Below are positions 24,185-37,215 of a DNA stretch of 64,000 nucleotides, in pieces. Origin of the DNA: Macrostomum lignano (Eukaryota); the NCBI GenBank assembly GCA_002269645.1, contig NIVC01000323.1, forward strand, positions 62,001-126,000, read 5' to 3'. Positions within the stretch are counted from its first letter, which is position 1, and each line of letters starts with the position of its first letter. The notes beneath the pieces were generated by a model, which was given only the letters and a program-made list of their open reading frames with translations, searched no databases and was not told the DNA's origin. A program made the position numbers and the translations under genes.

Positions 24185-25559
24185 TGCTTAAGAAACTACG
24201 GTGCTAAAATTCACAGAGGCAGCTGCTTTTATGCGAGTTGCAGCTCAAAATTTATGGCTTTCCCCGGTGCGTTTTTTACCTTGAGCGCTTTTTTAGTTTC
24301 TTTTCTGAGTATCTTCCTGCCTTGATTAGCTCTGAACAATGAAATCGTTGTTAGTTGTTGGCAACAGCTGCCCACAGCTTTAGCGATGCCAGCAGGTTTT
24401 TTTCAGCTGCAGGGCAATTATTCAGAAATTATTGACGTATACTGTAGTTGTCAGCTTTCACCATTCTTTTCCAACCACCTCAAGTCTCAGAAAGCAGATG
24501 TCCGTTCTCTCAGACAATGGCTTAGGACTTAGGAAGCAAAGCATATACGAGTATTTTATTTAAGCATTTTATTGTCAGTTAAGACACTTCAGACATTTGT
24601 CTTTTGCCAATCATTTTGCAAAAGGCGTCTAACTTAACCAACCTGTAGGGGGAAATGGAACAGGAGATATTTAACTCGGTAGATAACATATTACTCAAGA
24701 AAAAAATTGTCTGCATAAAGTATGAAGTGTAAGAGTGAGGGAGACGTGGGAGCGCAGCACACAAACAGCAATGCCAACAATGAAGTATTTTCAAGACTGA
24801 TACAAAGTTGCCATTGCAAGGCAGGAATTAAAAAGAGTAGCTTTATCGATTAAATTACTATTAGCATTTTACTTAGAAAAACCGACAGAAAAACCAGCCA
24901 TGCAACCAGAGGGGTCATGGGTCACTGCCAATCGTCACTTGTGCGCTGTTTGTATCAGCGGTACCCAACCCGGTAGACGACCGGTTAACAATAGACTTAC
25001 ACTGTATGCATCGACTCTTCTGCTCCTCCGGAGCGTCGCAACCGGAGACAACAGGAGGGCGCCTTCCCTGAGATCCTCTGAAACCCATGGACGAACAGCG
25101 ACCACCAAGTGGAGATCCATAGTTTGGCCGTCCGCGGCCGTTACTATGCGGACATTCTGAAGGAAGTCCAAGCTGACTGTTGGTCTGAGGGCAGCTGTAC
25201 GAGCTAACAGGGGTTCCGATGTGAACCAGATCTCCGAAGTCCGTCGCGCGCTCCTGCTCCACTTGCTCTTGGCGCCGCTGCATTCTGTCCGCCAGCGTCA
25301 GAGTTTGACCTCGTGGGATAAAAAACTGGATAAATTTCTATGTATAACACTTCGTGACAAAAGAAACGATACCAAGAAGATGTAGCGGATGCAATTGCTC
25401 GTGGGAAACTTCGCAGAGGTAAACTGCGAGTCGATGTCGCTGACGGCTGCCAGCGGAGCCGCGGACCCGACCGGGGACGACAGTCCCAGCAGCGCGCGGC
25501 AGTCGCTGCAGCCCCTGCATAGCGAAGCCTGCGTGCCGGATTCGGATCTGCAGCGGCAG

Positions 25560-26404
25560 ATTCGACTGCCGAACGCGCATCTCATGCGACCTGCACCCTT
25601 GCGCCCTGGCCTACGCTCTCCGAACGACCGTCTGCGCGGTCGCTCAGTTCCGGTTCGTTGCCCGTCTGTGTCACGTGACCCCGGAGCTGACGCAACCTGC
25701 CAGCGAGACCGAGGCTGCTGTGACGGCGACTCGAGGTGACTGCGTGGCGTCGCTGCTGAGACGCAACGCTTCCGGTGCCTCGGGCTGGCCGTTCGCTGCT
25801 CGAATGTCCGCTTTCTTCGACTTCCGCGTCTCCGACCGGAACCTCAGCAGCAGCGTCGGATCCGGCTTCTCGACGTCGGCACCGGCACAGTTCGTCGGCG
25901 CCGCTGCGCACAACTTGTTGGGATTTCAATTTTTTTCTCTCCCAACAAAGAGTACTCAGTTTTTTTAGAATCGACAGATCGCCAAGAGTTCCATCGGAAA
26001 TGATTCACCTGTGGCGGGTGGTGACGCCTGGGGGAAGCAACACGCCGTTCTGCGCGTTCGCCTACTTTTCGGGCAGGAATGTGAAATTCGCCAACTTGTT
26101 TGCCCGTCTGACTGGGTTCCTCACGGATGCTCCATTGCCTCTGGTGCCTTTGAAGAATTTCTACATGGGCCTGAGCTACAGCAGTGCTTCTGGAGCTCAC
26201 ACCGTTGTCCACAATGGCACAGCCTTTTCTGTTTCAACGCGGACCAACTACGAGCTGAATATTGATGCCGAGTACACTGAGATCTGGCTGGGATCGCAGG
26301 GCACCAGGGATTCTGTCGCTTTTGAGGGAAGAATTATCTGCTTTGCCTTTGCTCCCGTATCCATGACGGCTGAGGACTTTCAAGCCTTGGGTTCAGCTTG
26401 CTGA
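25560..26404 (-). other. Placeholder check: no minus-strand gene supported here
   Basis: Minus-strand ORFs in this interval are short shadows of the plus-strand candidate listed next. Confidence 0.05.
25560..26404 (+). CDS. Putative PAN-like + LamG/pentraxin-like domain protein, split by a 1-nt frameshift at the T7 run near 25960
   Basis: One frame reads CDLHPCALAYALRTTVCAVAQFRFVARLCHV (PAN-like Cys spacing). The next frame ends EIWLGS...FEGRIICFAF...MTAEDFQALGSAC*, a concanavalin/LamG-type C-terminus. Removing one T fuses the frames. Start not defined. Confidence 0.4.
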
Positions 26405-27170
26405 GCTGTTCGTCACGAGTTCAACGATTGAACTGACAACACCGCTGTTTAACTGTTGAACTAAAATCGAATTTAACCCAACAACCGACTCTGCGAAGAA
26501 AAGTTTAAAAAAACCCATGCTGTTGATGCTTTTAGTTGGTTCATTGTTTGTCTTTTGTTCCACCTATCAAAAAATTGTAAAGCTATCTATTTAGTAATAC
26601 TCACCTGTCCTGTTGTCGAAAGGCCCTAAATATTTTAATACTACGAGCGTAAAAAATATACGAAACTTTTACGAAATCTGGCAGTTATAGCTGTTCGAGC
26701 AATTCAATTTTGCGTCTTCTGATAATTAATTAATAATTATGATTATGATTAGCTGTGATAATTATGACTGGCTCACGCTATCACGCAGCACTAAAGTTAA
26801 GCAATGTCTTTAATGCCAGTTTACGAGCTAACGTCATTAGGAAGCACAAGCATGCAAAAGTGCCGTCATTGGCGGCGTCCTGATCACCAGCCGATTGATG
26901 AACCCTTGGAACTGTTAGCTTTAAGAAGTCCCAGACATTTTCGATGGGGTCGAGCAGCAAAAGTGTTCTACGCCTGTCTGCCTGCAGTTACAGTTTGTAG
27001 ACACTGGACTAGTATTAAAACAAGCAGTTCTTGCATTGACTTACGATCTCATTGGTTATTCTGCTTTACACTGATATTGAATTTCATAATTCATGTGAGT
27101 CGCTTTCTTTTTTCTTGCTTTAGAAATGAATGTTAACCCGGAAATTTGCGAAAAGTTTACAAAGTTTACT

Positions 27171-27432
27171 GGCCTCTGAGCCAGATCGACTGTCCAGAGC
27201 TGTAGTTCGAGTAGATGGCGTCCACGTGGCTCATCTCCTGGGCGCTGGTCACGTCGGCCATGATGACCAGACCGCTCTCTGACTCGCACTTCTGCCTGCT
27301 CGGCCACCACGTCCCGATGCCAGGGTACAGCCTGTACTTCACTCCGCACAGATGCATTCCGTAGCCAGACGGACACAGCGCGCCCGCCTCGAGTCCCAGC
27401 CGCTGCTTGACGAACACCCGGCCTCTCCTGGA
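27171..27432 (-). pseudogene. Truncated C-type lectin copy D (RRGRVFVK to SIWLRG only)
   Basis: Near-identical DNA to the core of A/B/C. The 5' side is joined directly to sequence homologous to the upstream flank of copy C (27432-27790 vs 33489-33860). Confidence 0.85.
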
Positions 27433-28394
27433 AGGAGATTCTGTCTTAAAATGGCCTAAGAAGGCTGCGATTTTTTTACTTAACAAACATCTTCAAGCAA
27501 AATGCGTTGCTTTGATTTCACATCTGACAACAAGCGTCAATTTGATATCGGCTTTTTACTTAGGATTACTGGATTGCACACACTCACACACAACTGAAAG
27601 TCTTCACATTCTTGCAAATCTCTGGAAAGTTTGAAATGCGACAGAAGTCGCTCAAAAATGAGCTGCAGATGTTGGTAGATGAAAATCGACTTATGGTCGC
27701 TGGTATTACAGTAAAACTCATGACAACTACATAGATACTTCACTTTAGATTGATGTGACAAGAAACAGAGTAAAGCGCGTATGCATCTCTAATGCATGCA
27801 TATTGACCTGTTGTTGTTAAACGGGGGTGGAGAGCTAAGCTCGCCTCGGATCAGCCCAAGGTAAGGCTCTACCGCGGGATATGGTCAGGCGATTCCGCCA
27901 ATGGCATAAAGCCAGCGTCGCCACGATTGGGGCTAGGAATCTGGCCCTAGCATCAAAGCTGCAAGACCCAAGCCTATGGGGACACCGAGGACCCAACAAT
28001 GGAACACGGGTACAAGGACTGCCCCCCAGACCATGCCCACTAACGACATAACCGAAGTGTGCGCACGCAAAAAACGATTGGAGCGAAACATTTTGGAAAG
28101 CAGGTCCGAGAGCGCCCAAGGCCCCGAGTCAATGGAAAAGGCTTTCAGATTGGAGCAAGTCTGGGCAGCCTACTTCACCAAGGGCGAGTCTCCTATCAGG
28201 TCGGCCCCATGCCTCATAGCCTCCTGTAGGGCTGCAAGCCACAAGGCTTATGTCACCACCCAGCTCTAAATTAGCCCAAGCCAAGGGATCGGAGAGGAGC
28301 ACCACAGAGCAAGAGGAAACCAGACTCAGCCGGTTTTCCCCGATTCGGTACGAACACGATCCCCCAGGACTCCAATCCACAGTCAGTGATGATC

Positions 28395-28736
<342 letters not shown>

Positions 28737-28909
28737 CAGAAGAGGGAAGTCTCTCTATCCGGCCCTCGGGTCCTTCGAAACTTCACAATAGCAATCCGGC
28801 TTAGCAGACTCAAGATTTGTGTCTCTTTTCAGCACTTTCTTTTCTCTTTTCTCGTCTCATCCCTCTTTTCTCCCCCATCTCTTCTCTTCTCTGGCTGTAG
28901 AAAAAATAC

Positions 28910-30930
28910 TAAACTAAAGACTAGAGAGTTACTTGGAGTTAAATTGAATCTAAGATAAGCCAGTAAGTGGGCGCAGGGCCCAAACAAGTATATTTATACC
29001 AGACATTAACTTAGGGGGTTTGAATTGCAGATAATAAAGAGAGGGGTGGAGTGCGCGACTAAAAAGAGAGGCGAGAATGGAGAACCAATCAGAACGCAGC
29101 AAGGGAGAGAGAGATAAGAATAACAAGATTGAGCTAGACAGAGAGAGAGAAAACGGAGTAAACAGAGACAAGTGAAGGTGAACTAAGAAATGACTAGGAA
29201 AGTCGCGACACTCCCCCCAAAAAATGGAACATTTTTTGAATTTTCGAGTACCAATAGAATTATGAATTAGAGTTCAAGAAACAACTTTAAAGCAAATTTA
29301 ACAATGGTGTACGAGCTACAAATACGACTAAGAATTTCAATACAAAAAACTGTAGAGACTAGAGTGAATGCAAAATTGACCAAGAAATTTCACGTGTGCG
29401 ATTTTAATGAATAAATTGTTACAACCAAATGAAAACTGACTACATTTACCCTCCCCCCTAAAAAATTAATGTAATTTTTTACATTGTGACTACATGGTGA
29501 AAGAAAAAATTGAACGACGAATTAACGAGGCGATCTGGCAGGCGATGAGCGAAGAGACGATCCGGCAGGCGAGCCCCGAGGCGCCCCGGCCGAGAATTTG
29601 AAACCGAGAGAGACCGAGGACACCGCAGGACGCACCCCCGGCAGACGATGAGCGACGACTACATGTAGATGAAGGAGCACCGGCAGACAGTCGAGACGAG
29701 ATGAGATGGGATGAGACTGCTCCGGCCGACAGTTGACGAGATGGGAGTGCGCAGTCGACGAACGATGAGACGAGGAGACTGGTGGAGGGCTACGAAGATG
29801 GCATGGCCTTTGCCAGCCTAACTGAATTGACCTATATTGACTAAATTATTTTACATTGGGCGCCATGTAGAAAAATAGACTAAAAAACTAGAAGTTGAAC
29901 TGGATGTTGAATACTGTTGAAAATTGAATACTAAGATAAGCATTTCGTATTCATTTCGTAGTCGCAGTAAATTGCTTTGTTTAATTTACTTAAAAATAGT
30001 ATTTGAACTATAATTCATAATTTCTGTTGGTACTCGAATCGAAAGTTCAAAAAATGTTTCATTTCGCGACTTTCCTCGGGGCTCGCCTGCCGGATCGTCT
30101 CTTCGCTCATCGCCTGCCAGATCGTCTCTTCGCTCATCGCCTGCCAGATCGTCTCTTCGCTCATCGCCTGCCGGATCGTCTCTTCGCTCATCGCCTGCCA
30201 GATCGTCTCTTCGCTCATCGCCTGCCAGATCGTCTCTTCGCTCATCGCCTGCCGGATCGTCTCTTCGCTCATCGCCTGCCGGATCGTCTCTTCGCTCATC
30301 GCCTGCCAGATCGCCTCGTTAATTCGTCGTTCAATTTTTTCTTTCACCATGTAGTCACAATGTAAAAAATTAAATTAATTTTTTAGGGGGGAGGGTAGAT
30401 GTAGTCAGTTTTCATTTGGTTGTAACAATTTATTCATTAAAATCGCACACGTGAAATTTCTTGGTCAAATTTGCATTCACTCTAGTCTCTACAGTTTTTT
30501 GTATTGAAATTCTTAGTCGTATTTGTGCACCATTGTTAAATTTGCTTTTAAAGTTGTTTCTTGAACTCTAATTCATAATTCTATTGGTACTCGAAAATTC
30601 AAAAAATGTTCCATTTTTTGGGGGAGTGTCGCGACTTTCCTAGTCATTTCTTAGTTCACCTTCACTTGTCTCTGTTTACTCTGTTTTCTCTCTCTCTCTC
30701 TCTGTCTAGCTCAATCTTGTTATTCTTATCTCTCTCCCCCTTGTTGCGTTCTGATTGGCTCTCCGTTCTCTCCTCTTTCCTCAGTCGCGCACTCCACCCC
30801 CTCTCTTTATTATTCTGGGCTCAACCCCCCAAAGTTAAATTTTCTATAAATATATCGGTTTGGGCCCTGCGCCCACTTACTGCTCATTCTGCTCCTTCAA
30901 TTTAACTCCAATTAAATAGTCTGTAGTTTT
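28910..30930. mobile_element. About 2-kb element with long inverted arms (about 28910-29581 and 30074-30930) around a 0.5-kb unique middle
   Basis: Arms are high-identity reverse complements, e.g. AAGTCGCGACACTCCCCC...GAGGCGATCTGGCAGG vs its complement at 30300-30640. No TSD or transposase identified. Confidence 0.6.
30080..30310. repeat. 27-bp tandem repeat (CGCCTGCCAGATCGTCTCTTCGCTCAT)n within the right inverted arm
   Basis: About 8 units here versus about 1.5 in the left arm. Confidence 0.93.
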
Positions 30931-31117
30931 CTCTTAGTGTCTCTTTGTGTCTCTTTTCAGCACTTTCTTTTCTCTTTTCTCGTCTCATCCCTCTTTTCTC
31001 CCCCATCTCTTCTCTTCTCTGGCATTTCCTATATTCCCTCTCATCTCTCATCCCTCCCCTCTACCCTCTCCTTTCTCCATTTTCTCCCCTCCTCTCTTTT
31101 TCTCTCCCCTCTCCTCT

Positions 31118-31195
<78 letters not shown>

Positions 31196-31889
31196 CTCTC
31201 CCCTTTTCTATTGCCTCTCCTCTCGCCCTCTCCTCTCCTCTTATCTGCCATATTTTCTGTCATCCCATCTCTCACCTCTTCTCCCTTCCCTCATCTCTCA
31301 TCTTCTATCTGATATTCCTATTTTTCCACTCTCATAATGGCCCGCAGCCGTTAGCTGGATTCTTTATCCAGCTCTTGAAGTTAGGAGTTTTCCAACCCCT
31401 GTCGTAAGGGATTTTTGGGTCTCTAAGTCCTCATGTTTCGCAGGCCAGTTCATGGTTCGCTACTCTAAACTGAGACAGGGGGCGCTTGGAGTTCTGCATT
31501 AAAAATACTATGACTCTTCTGTTGAGTAGGAGCGGTTCGATACTAAATTTGAGCGCTCTGACTGATTTTATTTTAGCTGCACTGCTTATCTCACGATAAT
31601 CTGCTTCACAGGAAAAAGTAGTATATAAAGCGCATCCGAGAGAACGTTTTTCAACGAATATCAAACATTTTTTCTAAAAGTCACTTCTCATAATGAGATT
31701 GAATACGAGGTTACAATAAAATAGAGGTTTGTAATAGACCCAATAAAATATTCTATAATTTCTGCTTTTACAAAATGAAATACACACAGGTAAGGCAAAG
31801 TTACAGAGTGATAAGACAGTGCCATGCTGTCCAATAAAGTACGTGAGGCTTTCGTCATGTCGAAGTTTCAGCGACTTTAAAGTCTAGCG

Positions 31890-31935
31890 CAGGGGTCGGC
31901 AAACTTCGGTCCGCGTGCCACATGCGGCCCGCAAA
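31890..31935 (+). mobile_element. hAT/Charlie-like terminal fragment
   Basis: CAGGGGTCGGCAAAC...CCGCGTGCCACATGCGGCCCG is a typical Charlie-type end, preceded by a GTCTAGCG target-like octamer. No partner end seen. Confidence 0.45.
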
Positions 31936-32568
31936 GCCTCTCTATCCGGTCCTCGGGTGCTTTGAAACTCCACAACAGCAATCCGGCCAGATCAAGGTTA
32001 TATTGTCTCTTCTCAGCTCTCTTTCTCTTCTATCTTCTCGCACCTCTCTTTTCTCACCACCTCTCCTCTCATCTCCTCTCCCTTCCCTTCTCTATCCTTT
32101 CCTTCTCTTCTCTACTCTCATCTCTCCTCTCCTATTTGATCTCTACTCTCCTCTCGTCTCCTCTCTTCTCCTTTATTCTTTCGACTTTGCTTTCCACTAT
32201 TTTTCTCCTCTCTCCCCTACTCTGTCCCGCAGCCATGCGCTAGGTTCTCTAGGTTCTCTTGAGGTAAAAAATTTGCCGACCTCTGGTCTAGATCAAGAAA
32301 CTCCACACTTATTTTCGAATCCAAAGGCTCTGAAGAAAACGCATAGAATAAAGATGCTTAGCAGACTATTTGTCACATTCGTGTTCGAGAACAAACGAAA
32401 AATTTACCTGCAGACAATAAAAAACTGGAGATGCCGGTTAAAAACGAATAAAACATTGAAGTCTTTTGGCAAAGTCCACTGCATGTTTCTTTCTCAAGTA
32501 AACCTCATTGCTGTTGTTAAAAGCTTATAACATCCATAAGCCTCTTCGGACTGACTCAGGAGATGATG

Positions 32569-33321
32569 TCAGTCAAACGGAGACACGCATTCGCACAGCA
32601 CTCGATCCGTGGCATACGTTTCAAAAAGGTCTGAGAGTCCATCCACATAGCTATACCTTGCGATAACGTTCTCATTACCGATTAGGTCTGGCTGTCCCTT
32701 GGCCCAGAAGTTTCCAACGCTGATATTGCAGCCGACCCAGTACCAGCCGCCCAGAGGCTCCGCAATGCCTGCTGGCTGGAGGCCTCCGAGCCAGATCGAT
32801 TGTCCAGAGCTGTAGGTTGAGTAGATCGAGTCCACGTGGCTCATCTCCTCAGCGCTGGTCACGTCGGCCATGATGACCAGACCGCTCTGCGACTCGCACT
32901 TCTGCCTGCTCGGCCACCACGTCCCGATACCAGAGTACAGCCTGTACTTCACTCCGCACAGGTCCATGCCGTAGCCAGACGGACACAGCGCGCCCGGCTC
33001 GAGTCCCGGCCGCTGCTTGACGAACACCCGGCCTCTCCTGGAGCAGCCGCAGCTCCTCACCGACTTGCTGCACTTGTCGAACACGAACAGCTGGCACGGA
33101 CCGTCAGCCAGGCTGAACGCCTGACAGCGCAGCTTCCGGGAGCACAGAGCGGCGCAGGCCAGCTTTCTGACCACGGCTGGGTGGAACTCGACGAATTCGG
33201 CATTGATGCAGAGACTGCCGTCAATGAGGCTGAACTGCTGCTCGCTGGCATTGGTGAGTTCGAGTTCGTGACTCATCACAACCATGAGAACGATAGTGAA
33301 GACAATTTTCAGCTGGCTCAT
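32569..33321 (-). CDS. Secreted PAN/Apple-like + C-type lectin domain protein, copy C (QPD motif), 250 aa
   Basis: Signal peptide. PAN part nearly identical to A, core shared with A and B, distinct C-terminal loop WAKGQPDLIGNENVIARY. Confidence 0.85.
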   Translation of the reverse strand: MSQLKIVFTIVLMVVMSHELELTNASEQQFSLIDGSLCINAEFVEFHPAVVRKLACAALCSRKLRCQAFSLADGPCQLFVFDKCSKSVRSCGCSRRGRVFVKQRPGLEPGALCPSGYGMDLCGVKYRLYSGIGTWWPSRQKCESQSGLVIMADVTSAEEMSHVDSIYSTYSSGQSIWLGGLQPAGIAEPLGGWYWVGCNISVGNFWAKGQPDLIGNENVIARYSYVDGLSDLFETYATDRVLCECVSPFD

Positions 33322-34417
33322 TGTTTCTTTAACTGCCTTGAAGCAGCAATTGAGTTTTAGATTACAGGCTCTGCTTTGGTAAAGAATGCGTGAGGTTATA
33401 ATAGCAACAGATTTTTATATCTTCGCAAGGACCTAAAAGCCCTCTTTAAATACGTTGAGTTACAGCTATAAAAGCTTTTTCTTTCTAGGGAGATTCTGTC
33501 TTAAAATGGCCTAAGAAGGCTGCGATTTGTTTACTTGACAGACACCTTTAAGCAAAATGCGTTGGTTTGATTTCACATCTGACAGCTAGCGTCAATTTGA
33601 TATCGGATTTTTACTGAGGATTACTGGATTGCACACACAACTGAGTCTGTAAATTCATGCAGATCTCGCCTAAGTGCCTAAGTTTGAATTGCGACGATAG
33701 AAGTCGCTCAAACATGAGCTGCATTTACTTTTTGTAGGCGAAAAACCGATGCAATTTGACTCATATAGCAGTTCTTATTCTGTTTCCTGTCAATCCTGTA
33801 TAAAGTAACTGAAGTAATGTTAGTTGCCATGGGCTTCAAAGTAAAGCGTGCATGCAACTAATGAATACACTAGTCTAACTGGTTTGATACCAAGATCCAG
33901 CCATAATGATAGCCTACATCCAAAATTTTGATTTCCTGTTTATTTTCATTCACTTTTTTGTAGGACTAACTTCTATGAATACCAGATGTAGAACCTTTAT
34001 AGGGCTAGTGCAGCAGCTGCATGCGTTCTGTGCATTTCTGAGACTGTACGTGTCATTCATCCGGTGGGCAGAGCAGAGCAGAGCAGCCCTTGCAGGGTTA
34101 CACGCGTTACAGTTTTTTCTCGACTTCATGTTTTCCTAAAATTTAAAGGAATTAAGAATACCATTTTAACAATTTAAGTTTTTCAAATTCGAAAGAGCAA
34201 ATAACCGTATATATTGTTGACTATCCAGCTTTATTACAGCTAAATTGGGAAATTCGACTCAAAATTTGTTCTTTACTATGTTGCAGAGATGAAACAAAGA
34301 ATGGAAAGTAGAGAAGCAAAGAAGTAAAAAAATTAAGTTTTGCATTTTTGAACGCTTCGAAGGAATATCAATTCAGTCCTGAAGCCAATTGCATTGCATT
34401 GGTAATAACAAGTGCTG

Positions 34418-34831
34418 CACTGTCTCGCTTGCAAATTATTCGTGCAGGTCAGACAGACTGGCATCTTCCATTACCTTGCAATCACATTATCCGAAGCAGC
34501 ATCCGGCTGATGAGCATTCCACAGAGTTGGGTCAATGCTGATGTTGCAGCCGACCCAGTACCAGCTGCCCAGAGACTCCGCACTGCCTGCTGGCTGGAGG
34601 CCTCTGAGCCAGATCGACTGTCCAGAGCTGTAGTTCGAGTAGATGGAGTCCACGTGGCTCATCTCCTGCTCGCTGGTCACGTCGGCCATGATGACCAGAC
34701 CGCTCTCTGACTCGCACTTCTGCCTGCTCGGCCACCACGTCCCGATGCCAGAGTACAGCCTGTACTTCACTCCGCACAGGTCCATGCCGTAGCCAGACGG
34801 ACACATTTGACTAACACCTGGCCTCTTCTGG
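34418..34831 (-). pseudogene. C-type lectin pseudogene copy E (B-like C-terminus, QPD motif)
   Basis: Lacks the signal peptide and PAN domain and has an internal deletion after GRV.VK. TAC>TAA at VIAR*, then a 1-nt deletion and a second TAA. Its 3' flank motif (34011-34046) matches that of B (about 22905-22938). Confidence 0.85.
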
Positions 34832-35453
34832 TGCATTGCTTTTAAAGACTGAATGGCAGCTGTATATCTTACAAATCTGCAAAAAGTTCCTTGTGATAAG
34901 CGATAAATTTTTATTCAATCAACTTTCAAACCACGCGTTTGTCAAGGGAGTTACTGCAAGAGCAACGTGTGGTCAATCCCCATCGTCACAGCGATCAGGT
35001 TCCCTGCACTTTTCCCTACGACGCACGAGACCTTCAATTCATAGTTGCACCGCAACTAAGGAAAAATGGACCTGAGAGACCAGGATTCAGTGTGGAAGGC
35101 AATTGCCACCTGCATCAATGTTTCGGTGTTTCAGATATTGTCGTGTCTCTAAATAAACAAAATTACTGACCGAACACAACTTTCTGAATTGCAATTGTTA
35201 TAAAAAGTAGAATGTTTTATATTTTGTTGCCAGTTTATTGTTTACCTGTGGTGGGCTGTCATTTTAGGGCGCAGTCAGGGTTCGCGGATATTGTTAACAA
35301 AAGCTTTGTGTTAAATACGGTTAGGTTCCGTGCTTAACAATACTTCAGTGTGCATCGTACTTTGTTGTACATGTAGGTAACTTTTATGAGTTCGAATTTG
35401 AGTTCATAACCACACAAGAAAAATCCGATGCTGTTTGAATTCCACTGTCACCT

Positions 35454-36197
35454 TCAGTCTGAGGGTTCAATCAAGCTTTGAAGCTGGAGTGGCTTTCTGG
35501 ACTCCAGCAGCTGACGCGCTATCACTGGCAGATGCAGCTTGATGGAGCGGATCTTTGCCAGTTGATTCGGTCCAGGTACCTCGCTGCTGCTCTGCTTCTT
35601 TCCATGCGGAGACTGCTGCTCTGCGGCTCTCGGGCCATCCAACGAGTCACCCTGACCGCGGCCTCCCGTGTGTACAGGCTCCGGCTTGCACCTGGCAAAG
35701 GGGCCATTGGGGTGCTCTCTTACGTTAGTGAGTGGACGACAAGAATGAAAAAAATACAATGTGAGCATGCAGTTTCGCTCTCCCGCCGCGACCTCTGGTT
35801 TGATTCCGCATTTATTTGAGGCTTCTGCTCGATAATTCACAGCCATGAGGACCAACCCCCAAAGGCACAGAAAGTGTACATGACTGACGATGAGACGGCG
35901 AGGAAGCAAGCCTTGAACCAGTGAACCAGCACAGAACACAAACTCGAACAAAATAACATACTTGAACTCAACGTGATGCTCTTTCCGTTTCCGCTGACAG
36001 ACGGGCCTGTTGCACCACAGCACCGGGGTCGGGCAGGTGCAAAACACGTAGTGCTTCCCTGGCAGCCTTGATCCCACATTGAGCGGCCAGTAGCAGACGC
36101 TGCAGCGGAAGCAGCTGCTGTCACAGACAGCGCTACTCGCTGGAACAACGCGCGGCTTGGTGCCGCTGGCCTGCACCCGACAGCTTGGGCGGTTCAT
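35454..36197 (-). CDS. Hypothetical Cys-rich protein with LIM-like motif
   Basis: SCFRCSVCYWPL...x17...CTC resembles the second finger of a LIM domain. Exon structure unresolved; possible donor GTATGT near 35957. Confidence 0.3.
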   Translation of the reverse strand: MNRPSCRVQASGTKPRVVPASSAVCDSSCFRCSVCYWPLNVGSRLPGKHYVFCTCPTPVLWCNRPVCQRKRKEHHVEFKYVILFEFVFCAGSLVQGLLPRRLIVSHVHFLCLWGLVLMAVNYRAEASNKCGIKPEVAAGERNCMLTLYFFHSCRPLTNVREHPNGPFARCKPEPVHTGGRGQGDSLDGPRAAEQQSPHGKKQSSSEVPGPNQLAKIRSIKLHLPVIARQLLESRKPLQLQSLIEPSD

Positions 36198-36424
36198 TCG
36201 ATTTGCGGCATCCCGCTGAAGCGGCAGGATGCGCCGCTTTGGTCGAGGGTGGCCGCGGCAGCGCAGCACTCGGCGCCGGTCAGGACTGCGACGGATTTGG
36301 CACAGAACATTTAGAAGTACTTCGGACAGGGAACTAATATACCATATTATGCATTGCAAAATTCAAATGTTCACTAGGACACTATGTTCATTCAATGTTC
36401 ATTAAATGTTCACTAGGACACAAA

Positions 36425-36750
36425 GGTTGTAGCCTAGTGGTTAGAGAGACTATACTCACGACTTGAAGGTGGAGGGTTCGATTCCCGATCCCACTGAAAC
36501 AATTTGTGTCCTTGAGCAAGACACTCAACTCTGCTTTGCTTCAGTTTACCCAGCTATAATTGGTGCCAGCATTAGCTGGGGTAATTGAGGGTGTGTGTGG
36601 CGCGACCCCCCAGTCTTTGGACTGAACAGCCGTACGCAGCCTTCAGATGCGCCGCGCAATACATGTACATGTAGCTGCCGGCTGAGCTTTCGGCTGCACA
36701 TCTGGCCTAATTAGGGCAGGACCGCAGGAGTAATCAATTATTAACTACTA
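36425..36750 (+). mobile_element. tRNA-derived SINE
   Basis: Pol III A box TAGCCTAGTGG (36430-36440) and B box GGTTCGATTCC (36475-36485). Followed by GTGTCCTTGAGCAAGACACT...CTTCAGTTTACCCAGCTATAA, like the conserved central domain of CORE/V/Meta-type SINEs. Second partial copy at about 43995-44120. Confidence 0.8.
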
Positions 36751-37215
36751 ATTAGTAGTGTTATGTCACCTCAAACCTGTTGAATTTACTCGTCATTTTA
36801 AGTACGTCCTCATTTTTAAACCTAGTGTCAACTTAGGGCCGTGTCACCTAAAACTAGGTTCGAAGTTTGATTGTGATGTCTATTACGTTCTGTCGCCTAA
36901 ATGTAGCTAATTTTAAATACGTCCATTGCCTGAAGTCTGATTTCAAATCGTTTCCCGTCACCTGTAACCCTACGAAAGGGTGTCCAGAAAGCGTTTGACC
37001 CTTGGAGCTCATACTGTAAAAGCTAATTTCATGCCGCATTATTGGCACCCACAATGCGATACATGTTCAGCCATAACTTTTGACCTGAGTGTCAAATGAA
37101 AGCTGAATTGTGTACCACTTTAAGGTGGAACCATAGGATGTAGCACTAGTTTTCCGAAGTGTCAATACTTTCTGGACACCTATCGTGAATTTTGACATGT
37201 TAAATAACCTGCCAC

